This document shows positions 9,012-17,086 of a DNA stretch of 38,658 nucleotides, piece by piece. The stretch comes from an uncultured Desulfobacteraceae bacterium. GTDB lineage: Bacteria > Desulfobacterota > DSM-4660 > Desulfatiglandales > B25-G16. Every line of letters begins with the position of its first letter. Positions within the stretch are counted from its first letter, which is position 1. The stretch lies in assembly GCA_964434795.1 (NCBI GenBank), contig CAYSWP010000001.1, positions 1,363-40,020 of the forward strand, read 5' to 3'. The position numbers and the translations under genes are program-made. The notes under the pieces are model-generated. The model was not told the DNA's origin, did not search any database, and was given only the letters and a program-made list of their open reading frames with translations.

Positions 9012-9168
9012 GGGTTCACGAAAAAATAAATTCGCAATTTCAGGTGTTGAGGCGCCCGTCTGACAAGGCGTGGAAACGCAGGAATATCAAGCATATTCCG
9101 AGTTTTCACAACACAGTCAGGCGGGATGTATCGGCGCCTGAAATGTGAATTTATTTTTGAGTGAGCCC
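9012..9168. mobile_element. MITE-like 157-bp imperfect palindromic element flanked by TTA/TTA
   Basis: The left arm gggttcacgaaaaaataaattcgcaatttcagg matches the reverse complement of the right arm, gggctcactcaaaaataaattcacatttcagg, at 28 of 33 aligned positions by hand. Inner complementary segments are cgtctgac/gtcaggcg and ggaatat-caagc-atattcc. TTA is at 9009-9011 and 9169-9171. No ORF is present. Confidence 0.6.
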
Positions 9169-10008
9169 TTAGACCATTTTTAGGCTAATATCCACTGACC
9201 TTGCAGAATGAGTTAATGCGCCAACAGATACCAGATTTACACCTGTCTTTGCTATCTCCCCTATTGTTTCTAATGTAACACCGCCGGAGGCCTCTAAAAG
9301 AACCTTACCTTTAGCAAGAACTACCGCCTTCTTCATATCCGCGACAGACATATTATCCAGAAGAACAGCATCCGCCCCTGCTGCAATAGCCTCTTCAAGG
9401 CCTTTAATATCCTCTACTTCCACCTCTATCTTTAATGTATGAGGTGTATTTACCTTAATTTTTTTTAATGCTCCGGTTATAGAGCCGGCGGCGGCAATAT
9501 GGTTATCCTTCACTAAAATTCCATCAAATAGTCCATGACGGTGGTTAAAACCGCCCCCTACCCTTACTGCGTACTTCTCCAATATTCGCAAACCCGGCAT
9601 AGTCTTCCTGGTGTCAATAACCTTTACCTTTGAGGGGTTTGTTTTTTCAACATATCTCCTGGTTAATGTAGCTATGCCGGAGAGATGTTGTAAGAAATTA
9701 AGGGCTGTTCTTTCTCCAGTCAGTATGCCTTGCAAAGAGCCATGGATTGTTCCTATATCATAGCCGCTGGGTACAAAATCTCCATCATGATAAACGCATT
9801 TAACTGTTATCTCCTGGTCTATTCTGGTAAAAACCCTTGTAAAAATTTCTATTCCTGCAAGGAGCATCTCTTCTTTTGCTATCAGCCTTGCTTGTCCTTT
9901 TGTAGACCTATCTATGATAGAAGTAGTAGTTATATCACCATTTCCAATGTCTTCTTCTAAGGCGGAATCAATTATTTTATCAATCTGGAAAACACCTTCA
10001 AGCCTCAC
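9169..10008 (-). CDS. nadC: Nicotinate-nucleotide pyrophosphorylase (quinolinate phosphoribosyltransferase)
   Basis: Full-length QPRTase-like sequence (ERTALNFLQHLSGIAT, LVKDNHIAAAGS, AGADAVLLDNM). The GTG start overlaps the valS stop as GTGA. Confidence 0.85.
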   Translation of the reverse strand: MRLEGVFQIDKIIDSALEEDIGNGDITTTSIIDRSTKGQARLIAKEEMLLAGIEIFTRVFTRIDQEITVKCVYHDGDFVPSGYDIGTIHGSLQGILTGERTALNFLQHLSGIATLTRRYVEKTNPSKVKVIDTRKTMPGLRILEKYAVRVGGGFNHRHGLFDGILVKDNHIAAAGSITGALKKIKVNTPHTLKIEVEVEDIKGLEEAIAAGADAVLLDNMSVADMKKAVVLAKGKVLLEASGGVTLETIGEIAKTGVNLVSVGALTHSARSVDISLKMV

Positions 10009-12656
10009 TTAAGCTCCTCAATAATTTTAATGTTATGGTTTAATTTTTCCAGCTTCGTACTCATTTCCTCCACCTTGGTCTTAACGCTCTCTACTATATG
10101 ATCAGGGGCATTGTCTAAAAAATCTTTATTTGCCAGTTTTTTCTGAGATAAACTCATTTCCTTTTCTATCTTTTTTATTTCCTTGACTATCCTCTTTCTC
10201 TCATCATCGTAATTTATCATTCCTTTTAAAGATACGTGGACCTGAATATCTCTAAAAACATACGTGGCAGAGGAATCAGGTTTCTTCACGCCTGAAACAA
10301 TATCAACAGATTCGGCCTTAGCAAGGCTAGTTATGTATGGCAAATTATCCTTTAAAATCTTCCTATCCTCTTCTTCCCTTGAATCGATAACACACTTTAC
10401 TTGTTTTTTTGGCGGAATATTCATCTCTCCCCTGATATTCCTCACACCTGTTATAATACCCATTAATAGATGCATTTCTCTGATTGATTTTCCGTCAGCA
10501 ATAAACTCATCGGCCTGGGGAAATTTTGCCAACATAACACTTTCGCTGGTATGGGGAAGTCTTTGCCATATCTCCTCAGTAATAAATGGTACGAAGGGAT
10601 GGAGGAGCTTCACAACCCCGCTTAAAACAACCTGCATTACAGATTGGGTGACTTCCCTTCTTTTTTTGTCATCGCTGTATAACTCCAGCTTAGCCATTTC
10701 AAGATACCAATCGCAAAACTCATGCCATACAAATTGATAACATGCGCTTGCTGCATCATTGAAGTCATAGGAATCAATATACTTACTCACGTCTTGAGCA
10801 ACCTCTCCTGTCCTTGTTAGAATCCAGCGGTCGGCCAGGGTTAAATCACCTTTATCTATAGATGGCGGGCTTGAGCCCTCAAGATTCATTATAGAGAACC
10901 TCGCAGCATTCCAAATTTTATTCATGAAGTTCCTGTAACCTGCTACCCTTTCCTCTGAAAGCCTTACATCCCTCCCCTGGGCCGCTAATATTGAAAGGGT
11001 AAATCTAAAGGAATCTGTCCCAAACCTGTCCATGACCTCGAGCGGGTCAATTACATTCCCCTTGCTCTTACTCATCTTCTTGCCCTTTTCATCCTTAACA
11101 AGGGCATGGATATAAACCTCCTTGAATGGGACATCCCCCATAAAATGAATGCCCATCATCATCATTCTTGCCACCCAGAAAAAAAGTATATCAAAGCCGG
11201 TAACCAGCACAGATGTCGGATAAAACATCTTTAGCTCTTCAGTAGAATCAGGCCAGCCTAATGTAGAAAAAGGCCATAGGGCTGAACTAAACCATGTATC
11301 AAGAACATCTGTTTCCTGATGAAGATCCCTGCCGTTACACGAAGGGCATTCTTCAGGGTCCTCTTTTGAAACAATTATCTCTCCACAATCCTGGCAATAC
11401 CACACAGGAATACGATGCCCCCACCATATCTGCCTCGATATACACCAATCTTTAATATTATTCATCCATTCGTAGTATACACCTTCCCAGTTGACAGGAA
11501 ATATTCTCGTATTTTCTTTTCTTACTGCTTCTAATGCCTTTTCTGCGAGGGGACCTACTCTGACAAACCACTGCTTAGACAAAAGTGGCTCTATCATAGT
11601 CTTGCAGCGATAGCAGTGGCCTACTGCATGGCTGTAAGGGTCAATCTTCTCGAGTAAGCCTGCCTTTTTCAGGTCCTCAAGTATTACTTCTCTGCATTCG
11701 AACCTGTCCATACCCTTGTAATGCCCAGCCAGTTCATTCATCCGGCCATTCTCATCAATAACCTTTACTCTCTCAAGATGATGTTTATCTCCTATTTCAA
11801 AATCATTAGGGTCATGAGCAGGGGTAATCTTCAACGCGCCTGTGCCAAAATCTTTATCTACATATTTATCAAATATAATTGGTATAGGTTTATTTAGTAT
11901 TGGTAAAAGCACATGAGAATCAGGCAAATTTTGGTAACGCTCGTCTTCCGGATTTACAGCGACTGCAGTATCCCCTAAGAGTGTTTCAGGTCTTGTTGTT
12001 GCAACAATCAAATATCCATTATTATTTTCAAAGGGGTATCTAACGTAATATAAAAAGCTCTCTACATCTTCATGTTCCACCTCCAGGTCAGCTAAGGCTG
12101 TATGACACCTGGGGCACCAGTTTATTATATAATCCCCCTGGTAAATTAATTTTTCTTGATAAAGCCCTACAAAAACCTCTCTCACAGCCCTGGAAAGCCC
12201 CTCATCCATTGTGAATCTCTCTCTGCTCCAATCACAGGAACTTCCCAACCTCTTAAGCTGGTTTATAATCATTCCACCATATTTCTTTTTCCATTCCCAG
12301 ACCAATTCAATAAACTTTTCTCTGCCAATCTGGTGACGGTCCGTTCCCTTTGCTGCAAGGTCCTTTTCAACTACATTTTGGGTTGCAATGCCTGCATGGT
12401 CTGTTCCCGGCTGCCACAGAACATTATAACCTTTCATTCTCTTATACCTGGACAAGATATCCTGTAACGTATTGTTTAGGGCATGGCCCATGTGAAGCCT
12501 ACCCGTAACATTTGGAGGAGGAATTACAATAGAAAAGGGAGGCTTTCCGGAATTGGCGCTCGCCTTAAAATATCCATTCTCTTCCCAATACTTGTACCAT
12601 TTCTCTTCCACTTCCTTTGGCTCGTATATTTTAGCCAAAACACTATCTTCCATCAT
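10005..12656 (-). CDS. valS: Valine--tRNA ligase
   Basis: 883 aa, with the HIGH motif (PNVTGRLHMGHALN), the KMSKS motif (KMSKSKGN) and the C-terminal coiled coil typical of ValRS. Confidence 0.95.
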   Translation of the reverse strand: MMEDSVLAKIYEPKEVEEKWYKYWEENGYFKASANSGKPPFSIVIPPPNVTGRLHMGHALNNTLQDILSRYKRMKGYNVLWQPGTDHAGIATQNVVEKDLAAKGTDRHQIGREKFIELVWEWKKKYGGMIINQLKRLGSSCDWSRERFTMDEGLSRAVREVFVGLYQEKLIYQGDYIINWCPRCHTALADLEVEHEDVESFLYYVRYPFENNNGYLIVATTRPETLLGDTAVAVNPEDERYQNLPDSHVLLPILNKPIPIIFDKYVDKDFGTGALKITPAHDPNDFEIGDKHHLERVKVIDENGRMNELAGHYKGMDRFECREVILEDLKKAGLLEKIDPYSHAVGHCYRCKTMIEPLLSKQWFVRVGPLAEKALEAVRKENTRIFPVNWEGVYYEWMNNIKDWCISRQIWWGHRIPVWYCQDCGEIIVSKEDPEECPSCNGRDLHQETDVLDTWFSSALWPFSTLGWPDSTEELKMFYPTSVLVTGFDILFFWVARMMMMGIHFMGDVPFKEVYIHALVKDEKGKKMSKSKGNVIDPLEVMDRFGTDSFRFTLSILAAQGRDVRLSEERVAGYRNFMNKIWNAARFSIMNLEGSSPPSIDKGDLTLADRWILTRTGEVAQDVSKYIDSYDFNDAASACYQFVWHEFCDWYLEMAKLELYSDDKKRREVTQSVMQVVLSGVVKLLHPFVPFITEEIWQRLPHTSESVMLAKFPQADEFIADGKSIREMHLLMGIITGVRNIRGEMNIPPKKQVKCVIDSREEEDRKILKDNLPYITSLAKAESVDIVSGVKKPDSSATYVFRDIQVHVSLKGMINYDDERKRIVKEIKKIEKEMSLSQKKLANKDFLDNAPDHIVESVKTKVEEMSTKLEKLNHNIKIIEELK

Positions 12657-12727
12657 GAATAATATCCTTCATTTTTCTTTTTTAACAAGATTTCTTTTAA
12701 ATTCAAACAGCGTTAACGATATATAAA

Positions 12728-12780
12728 ATAGGCACAACGGCAATCAAACGATTACATTCAACGAGTGCCTTTGTGCCTAT
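12728..12780 (-). terminator. Hairpin between the acidic-protein gene and valS (terminator or attenuator-like)
   Basis: A 10-bp stem (ataggcacaa at 12728-12737 pairs with ttgtgcctat at 12771-12780) encloses 33 nt. On the minus strand it is followed by UUUUAUAUAU. A second gtgcct at 12765-12770 would allow alternative pairing. Confidence 0.35.
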
Positions 12781-12805
12781 GTATCAAAATAAAAATTATT
12801 TTTTC

Positions 12806-13588
12806 TTATTTCTCAGTATTTATATCCTTTTTTAAAATATCGATCTCCTCCCTTATTACCCTCTCTACTACTTCCGGTATCACCTCCCTTGCCACCCTTT
12901 CCAAAACATCACCAGCCACTTTTTCCAATACAGCCTCTAACTTTTCATCTGAAATCGATTCCATTTCCCTCTGAATAAGTTCTTCTTTATCCTCTACCGG
13001 GGTCTCTAAAGGGGGTCCTTCACTTAGAATTTCCCCGGAAATTTCTTCCTCTTCCGTTATTTCCTCTTCAGCTATTTCGTCTATCCCTTCAATCTCTTCT
13101 TCAGAGATAAGCCTTTCAAGTTCTTTATCTAATTGAGCATCATCTACAAAATCCACTTCTAATTCCTGCTCCCCATCAGACAAATCTGTTTTTTCTCCCT
13201 CTGTAATAATTAATTCTTCATCAACGTTATCCTCAGCTCCAGATAGCTCTCCAAATGCAAGCCCTTCATCCCCAACTGCTTCTTCGGTTTTATCTTCTTC
13301 TATTATAACCTCCTCTTGGAATTTTTCTTTAGATTCAGATTGATAGTCTTGTTTTACGTCACTTTTCTCTTCATCTAATTCAAAGTCCCCTAAATCTTCA
13401 ATATCTTGTTCATTCAATTCTTCTTCAATGTCTTCTTCCGTTATATCAACAAGATCTATAATATCCTCAACTATGTCATTTTTATTATTTTCACTTAGGA
13501 GATCTTCACTTAAAAAATCGTCATCAATTTCCAATTCAAGGAGATCCTCTTCCTCAGTGATTTCATCTTTACGATCATCCTTGGACAT
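12806..13588 (-). CDS. Hyper-acidic protein of unknown function
   Basis: A strong RBS (AGAGGAGG) precedes the ATG. By my count 104 of 260 residues are Asp or Glu. The C-terminal ~45 aa changes character (LEAVLEKVAGDVLERVAREVIPEVVERVIREEIDILKKDI). Confidence 0.6.
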   Translation of the reverse strand: MSKDDRKDEITEEEDLLELEIDDDFLSEDLLSENNKNDIVEDIIDLVDITEEDIEEELNEQDIEDLGDFELDEEKSDVKQDYQSESKEKFQEEVIIEEDKTEEAVGDEGLAFGELSGAEDNVDEELIITEGEKTDLSDGEQELEVDFVDDAQLDKELERLISEEEIEGIDEIAEEEITEEEEISGEILSEGPPLETPVEDKEELIQREMESISDEKLEAVLEKVAGDVLERVAREVIPEVVERVIREEIDILKKDINTEK

Positions 13589-13768
13589 GTTTGCCTCCTC
13601 TTATATGATAGTTTAATAAAGCATATTTTTTGGCTACCACAGAATAACTGATATTGTCAAGGCCTTTGAATTGTCTTATCATAAAACTTAAAGCACTATT
13701 AACTATTGTTCATTTTAGTGTACCCCTTCAGGCTATTCTCAAACAGATAGGGCAATGATAAAATTTTA

Positions 13769-13959
13769 GTGACTACTCACGTAGTCAGGTTGAAGGGGTT
13801 TAGACTGAAGGCTGAAGGAGTTCAAAAAGCACGATTGACTCACTTTGGTAGAAAAAGAGAAAATTATCGCACCAAACATGGCTTCAAAATTAGAAGTATT
13901 CCCGTCTTTCCTAATCCCGCCTTTAGCGGGACCTTCAGCCTAACCACCTGAGTAGTTAC
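13769..13959. mobile_element. MITE-like 191-bp element with 28-bp imperfect terminal inverted repeats and an 8-bp target-site duplication
   Basis: The left end gtgactactcacgtagtcaggttgaagg matches the reverse complement of the right end, gtaactactcaggtggttaggctgaagg, at 23 of 28 positions. An exact direct repeat AAATTTTA lies immediately outside both ends (13761-13768 and 13960-13967). Subterminal CTGAAGG repeats are present. It has no credible ORF. Confidence 0.7.
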
Positions 13960-13964
13960 AAATT

Positions 13965-15767
13965 TTATATCTTAGTAAGGTTATAACGGGCAACCGGCAT
14001 GACACTGTCTGCTATTTTCCTTCTAAGTGCAATAGTATTAACCGGCGTATAACGAGCCAGTTTTTTCAATGCCATGAGCTGAGTTCTTAGTTCTTCTCCC
14101 TCACTGACAGCAGCAAATATCTGTCTTGCCATTAAATCTACCTTTGGGAAAGAATCATTTATATATACCTGGGTAGCTGCTATATGTATCTCAGCCTTTT
14201 CCTCTCCTTCCTTATTAAATTTTTTCAAGGCCCTTAAAAAGGCGCTGTCCATGGCAAATATCTCTATAATAATATCCGCTATTAAGGCAACAACCTCCTG
14301 TTCTCCGGCAAGCTTATCCATGTATTTCCGGGTAGCAGCGCCTGCAGCAAGGAGGCCTATTTTCTTTGCCATCGAAACCATCTTTCTCTCCCTCTCAAGA
14401 ACGCCTTCTTCCTCACTTAAGGAAGGCCTGTAACTCATAAGCTCACCGGTTAATTTTTTGATCACATCAAGAAGGGGTAATTCTCCCTTCATAGCGGCCT
14501 TCATCAACCTGTCTACAATGAGAAGACGATTTATCTCATTTGTTCCTTCCCATATACGATTTATCCTGGAATCCCTGTACGCGCTCTCTATCATATTGTC
14601 CTGAATATAACCGTAACCGCCCATTATCTGAACGCATTCATCAACTACATAATCAAGAACCTCTGAACCAAAAACCTTATTTACAGAACACTCCAAGGCA
14701 TATTCCCTGAGGGCCTCACCGGTTTTTTGGCCGGCATCCTCTTTCGAGGGATCAATTCCCTCTAATGCAAGATCAAGAAGACCTGCAATACGATAGCCTA
14801 AGCTTTCATTTACATAAATCTTGATCACTATCTCGGCAATCTTATGCTTTATGAGTCCGAAATCACTGATAGGCCTTCCAAATTGAATTCTGCTCTTTGC
14901 ATATTTAATAGCATCGGCGATCAAGAATTTGGATACCCCTACCGTGGCTGCCCCTAATTTGTACCTGCCTATATTCAGTGTGTTTAGCGCAACAACATGG
15001 CCTCGTCCAACTTCTCCAAGCACATTTTCAACGGGCACCTTTACATCCTGAAAGATAACGGATCTGGTAGAGCCACCATGCATCCCCATCTTTTCCTCTT
15101 CCTCATCAACTGAAACCCCGTCCCATTTCCGCTCAACGATAAAACCGGTAAACTTTGTGCTATCTACCTGGGCATAAGTTAGGATTAAATCACAAAATCC
15201 GGCATTTGAAATAAACTGCTTCTGACCATTCAATATGTAATACTTGCCGTCATCCGATAAAACGGCCGTAGTCTCAGCTGTAAGCGCATCAGACCCATGG
15301 GCCGATTCCGTCAGCGCATAAGCACCTATCATTTCACCTGAGGCAAGTTTTGGCAGATACTTTTTCTTCTGCTCAGGTGATCCAAAAAAGACAATAGGCA
15401 GGCTTCCAATACCTGTCTGGACGCCATAGGCCAGAAGAAATCCTCCTACCCCCTGGTTGATTCGTTCCGTGACCAATACTGAGCTAACCTTGTCAAGCTC
15501 TGATCCTCCGTAGATCTCCGGCATATCTGTAGAAAGGAGACCAAGTTCGCCGGCCTTTCTTAGCAGGCTTGTCAATAAATCTCCGTTAAGTTCAGCAAGC
15601 TCATCCCTTATAGGCGCTAACTCACCTAATCCAAATTCCTCAGCGGATTTTCCTATTAATCGCTGTTCATTGGTAAAATCCTCAGGTGTAAACACATCCT
15701 CAGGCAAGGCGTCTGTAATTAAAAATTCTCCACCCTTAAAAAGTTTTTCCTTTGCCATTTTTATCAC
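13965..15767 (-). CDS. Acyl-CoA dehydrogenase (long form with C-terminal extension)
   Basis: ACAD motifs are present (YALTESAHGSDA, QIMGGYGY). It is 600 aa and lies directly downstream of the thiolase gene. Confidence 0.85.
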   Translation of the reverse strand: MIKMAKEKLFKGGEFLITDALPEDVFTPEDFTNEQRLIGKSAEEFGLGELAPIRDELAELNGDLLTSLLRKAGELGLLSTDMPEIYGGSELDKVSSVLVTERINQGVGGFLLAYGVQTGIGSLPIVFFGSPEQKKKYLPKLASGEMIGAYALTESAHGSDALTAETTAVLSDDGKYYILNGQKQFISNAGFCDLILTYAQVDSTKFTGFIVERKWDGVSVDEEEEKMGMHGGSTRSVIFQDVKVPVENVLGEVGRGHVVALNTLNIGRYKLGAATVGVSKFLIADAIKYAKSRIQFGRPISDFGLIKHKIAEIVIKIYVNESLGYRIAGLLDLALEGIDPSKEDAGQKTGEALREYALECSVNKVFGSEVLDYVVDECVQIMGGYGYIQDNMIESAYRDSRINRIWEGTNEINRLLIVDRLMKAAMKGELPLLDVIKKLTGELMSYRPSLSEEEGVLERERKMVSMAKKIGLLAAGAATRKYMDKLAGEQEVVALIADIIIEIFAMDSAFLRALKKFNKEGEEKAEIHIAATQVYINDSFPKVDLMARQIFAAVSEGEELRTQLMALKKLARYTPVNTIALRRKIADSVMPVARYNLTKI

Positions 15768-15778
15768 TCCTTCCTCAA

Positions 15779-16963
15779 TTAATAATCCTCTATTTCAAAT
15801 ATCGCAGCGGCCCCCATGCCGAACCCTATACACATGGAAACCAATCCCCACCTTAGTCCTCTCTCCTGCATTTCATAGATCAGCTGGGTGGTTAATTTCG
15901 AACCTGTACACCCTAAAGGGTGCCCTAACGCAATGGCCCCGCCATTTACATTTGTTATTTCTTCATTAATCCCCAATTTATCAATGCAATAAATGGCCTG
16001 AGAGGCAAAGGCCTCATTCAGCTCTATAAGCTCTATCTGATCAAGTGTCATGCCGGCCAGTTTGAGCACCTTTGGTATTGCCACTGAAGGGCCCAACCCC
16101 ATATATTCCGGCGGGCATCCCTCTACAGTATGATAACGAAAAGTGGCCATAGGCTTTAGGCCCAATTCTTTGGCCTTTTCTTTAGACATAAGAACTACAC
16201 CTGCCGCTGCATCACTTGTTTGTGAAGAATTTCCGGCAGTTACTGTTCCAGTTGCTTTAAATGCAGGACGAATCTTAGAAATACCCTCTTTTGTTGTGCC
16301 TGGACGGACTCCCTCATCTTTATCAAATATAAACTCCTTGTATCCAAAGGATCCATTAGGCAATTTAATTTGTTTTTTCACCTTAACAGGAACAATCTGG
16401 CTCTTAAAACGTCCGGCCTTGTAAGCAGCTTCTGCCTTCTGCTGACTCCTTGCTCCAAATTCATCCTGCCTCTCCCTGCTGATATTATAACGTTCTGAGA
16501 CATTTTCCGCTGTTAGTCCCATACCTGTAAATGCCCCCGGCCTTTCATCTACCAAGGCAGGGTTTGGATACATCATGCTGCCTCCCATAGGTATCTGACT
16601 CATATTTTCTACACCACCGGCAATTATTACATCCGAAAATCCGCACATAATCTTTTCAGCCCCAATTGCTATAGACTGAAGCCCTGAAGAACAGAATCTG
16701 TTGACCGTCATTCCAGGGATTCGATCAGGCCAGCCCATAGACATAACAAGTACACGACCTAAATTAAGTCCCTGGGTTGATTCTGGAAATGTACATCCAA
16801 TAATTACATCATCAATAAGCATTGGATCCAGGTTCCCTGCCCTTCTAATCAGATCACTGAGGATTGTAGTCCCCATGTATTCCGGACGTGTATTCTTCAA
16901 TATTCCCCGAGGTGCCCTTCCAGCTGCCGTTCTACAAGCAGCAACAATCACTGCCTCTCTCAT
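15779..16963 (-). CDS. Acetyl-CoA C-acyltransferase (3-ketoacyl-CoA thiolase)
   Basis: Active-site regions are NRFCSSGLQSI, NEAFASQ, GGAIALGHPLGCTG and CIGFGMG. Confidence 0.9.
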   Translation of the reverse strand: MREAVIVAACRTAAGRAPRGILKNTRPEYMGTTILSDLIRRAGNLDPMLIDDVIIGCTFPESTQGLNLGRVLVMSMGWPDRIPGMTVNRFCSSGLQSIAIGAEKIMCGFSDVIIAGGVENMSQIPMGGSMMYPNPALVDERPGAFTGMGLTAENVSERYNISRERQDEFGARSQQKAEAAYKAGRFKSQIVPVKVKKQIKLPNGSFGYKEFIFDKDEGVRPGTTKEGISKIRPAFKATGTVTAGNSSQTSDAAAGVVLMSKEKAKELGLKPMATFRYHTVEGCPPEYMGLGPSVAIPKVLKLAGMTLDQIELIELNEAFASQAIYCIDKLGINEEITNVNGGAIALGHPLGCTGSKLTTQLIYEMQERGLRWGLVSMCIGFGMGAAAIFEIEDY

Positions 16964-17086
16964 TATACTTTCCTCCCTACAGTTTTATATAAATAGCTAA
17001 GTAATGCCTAAACAAAAAGTTATGTTCCGGCAGTAATTGAGCCTGGCAACATTTTTTCACCACAAATTCACTACTTAGCAGTTGTA

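Noticed and set aside
10264-10737. A 157-aa plus-strand ORF, with similar antisense ORFs at 12156-12467, 36548-37087, 22133-22651, 24014-24481, 18867-19235, 28620-28889 and others.
   Set aside because: All lie entirely antisense within long, motif-verified genes (valS, htrA, oxidoreductase subunits, crotonase, fadN-like). Their translations are low-complexity or Ser/Pro/Leu-rich shadow frames.
12657-12805. A T-box or other riboswitch leader upstream of valS, and likewise 22437-22511 upstream of gltX.
   Set aside because: The regions are only 149 and 75 nt, too short for a T-box. I saw no specifier-loop or T-box sequence, and the single hairpin is adequately explained as the terminator of the upstream gene.
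12765-13616. Plus-strand ORFs 12765-12974 and 13428-13616, which are rich in Ser, Ile and Phe.
   Set aside because: They are antisense shadows of the GAA/GAT-rich acidic-protein gene. Complementary TTC/ATC codons stay open by composition alone.
13769-13951. A 60-aa ORF on the plus strand between the acidic-protein gene and the acyl-CoA dehydrogenase gene.
   Set aside because: It starts at a GTG that is the first base of the MITE terminal repeat and ends inside the other repeat. It has no RBS and a basic low-complexity translation. It is a by-product of the element.
13769-13959. A 6S-like or other long-hairpin sRNA as the interpretation of the 191-bp element.
   Set aside because: The perfect 8-bp direct repeat abutting both ends is better explained by transposition. 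Beyond the 28-bp arms I could not extend the pairing into a 6S-type closing stem and central bubble by eye. The alternative is kept under would_refute.
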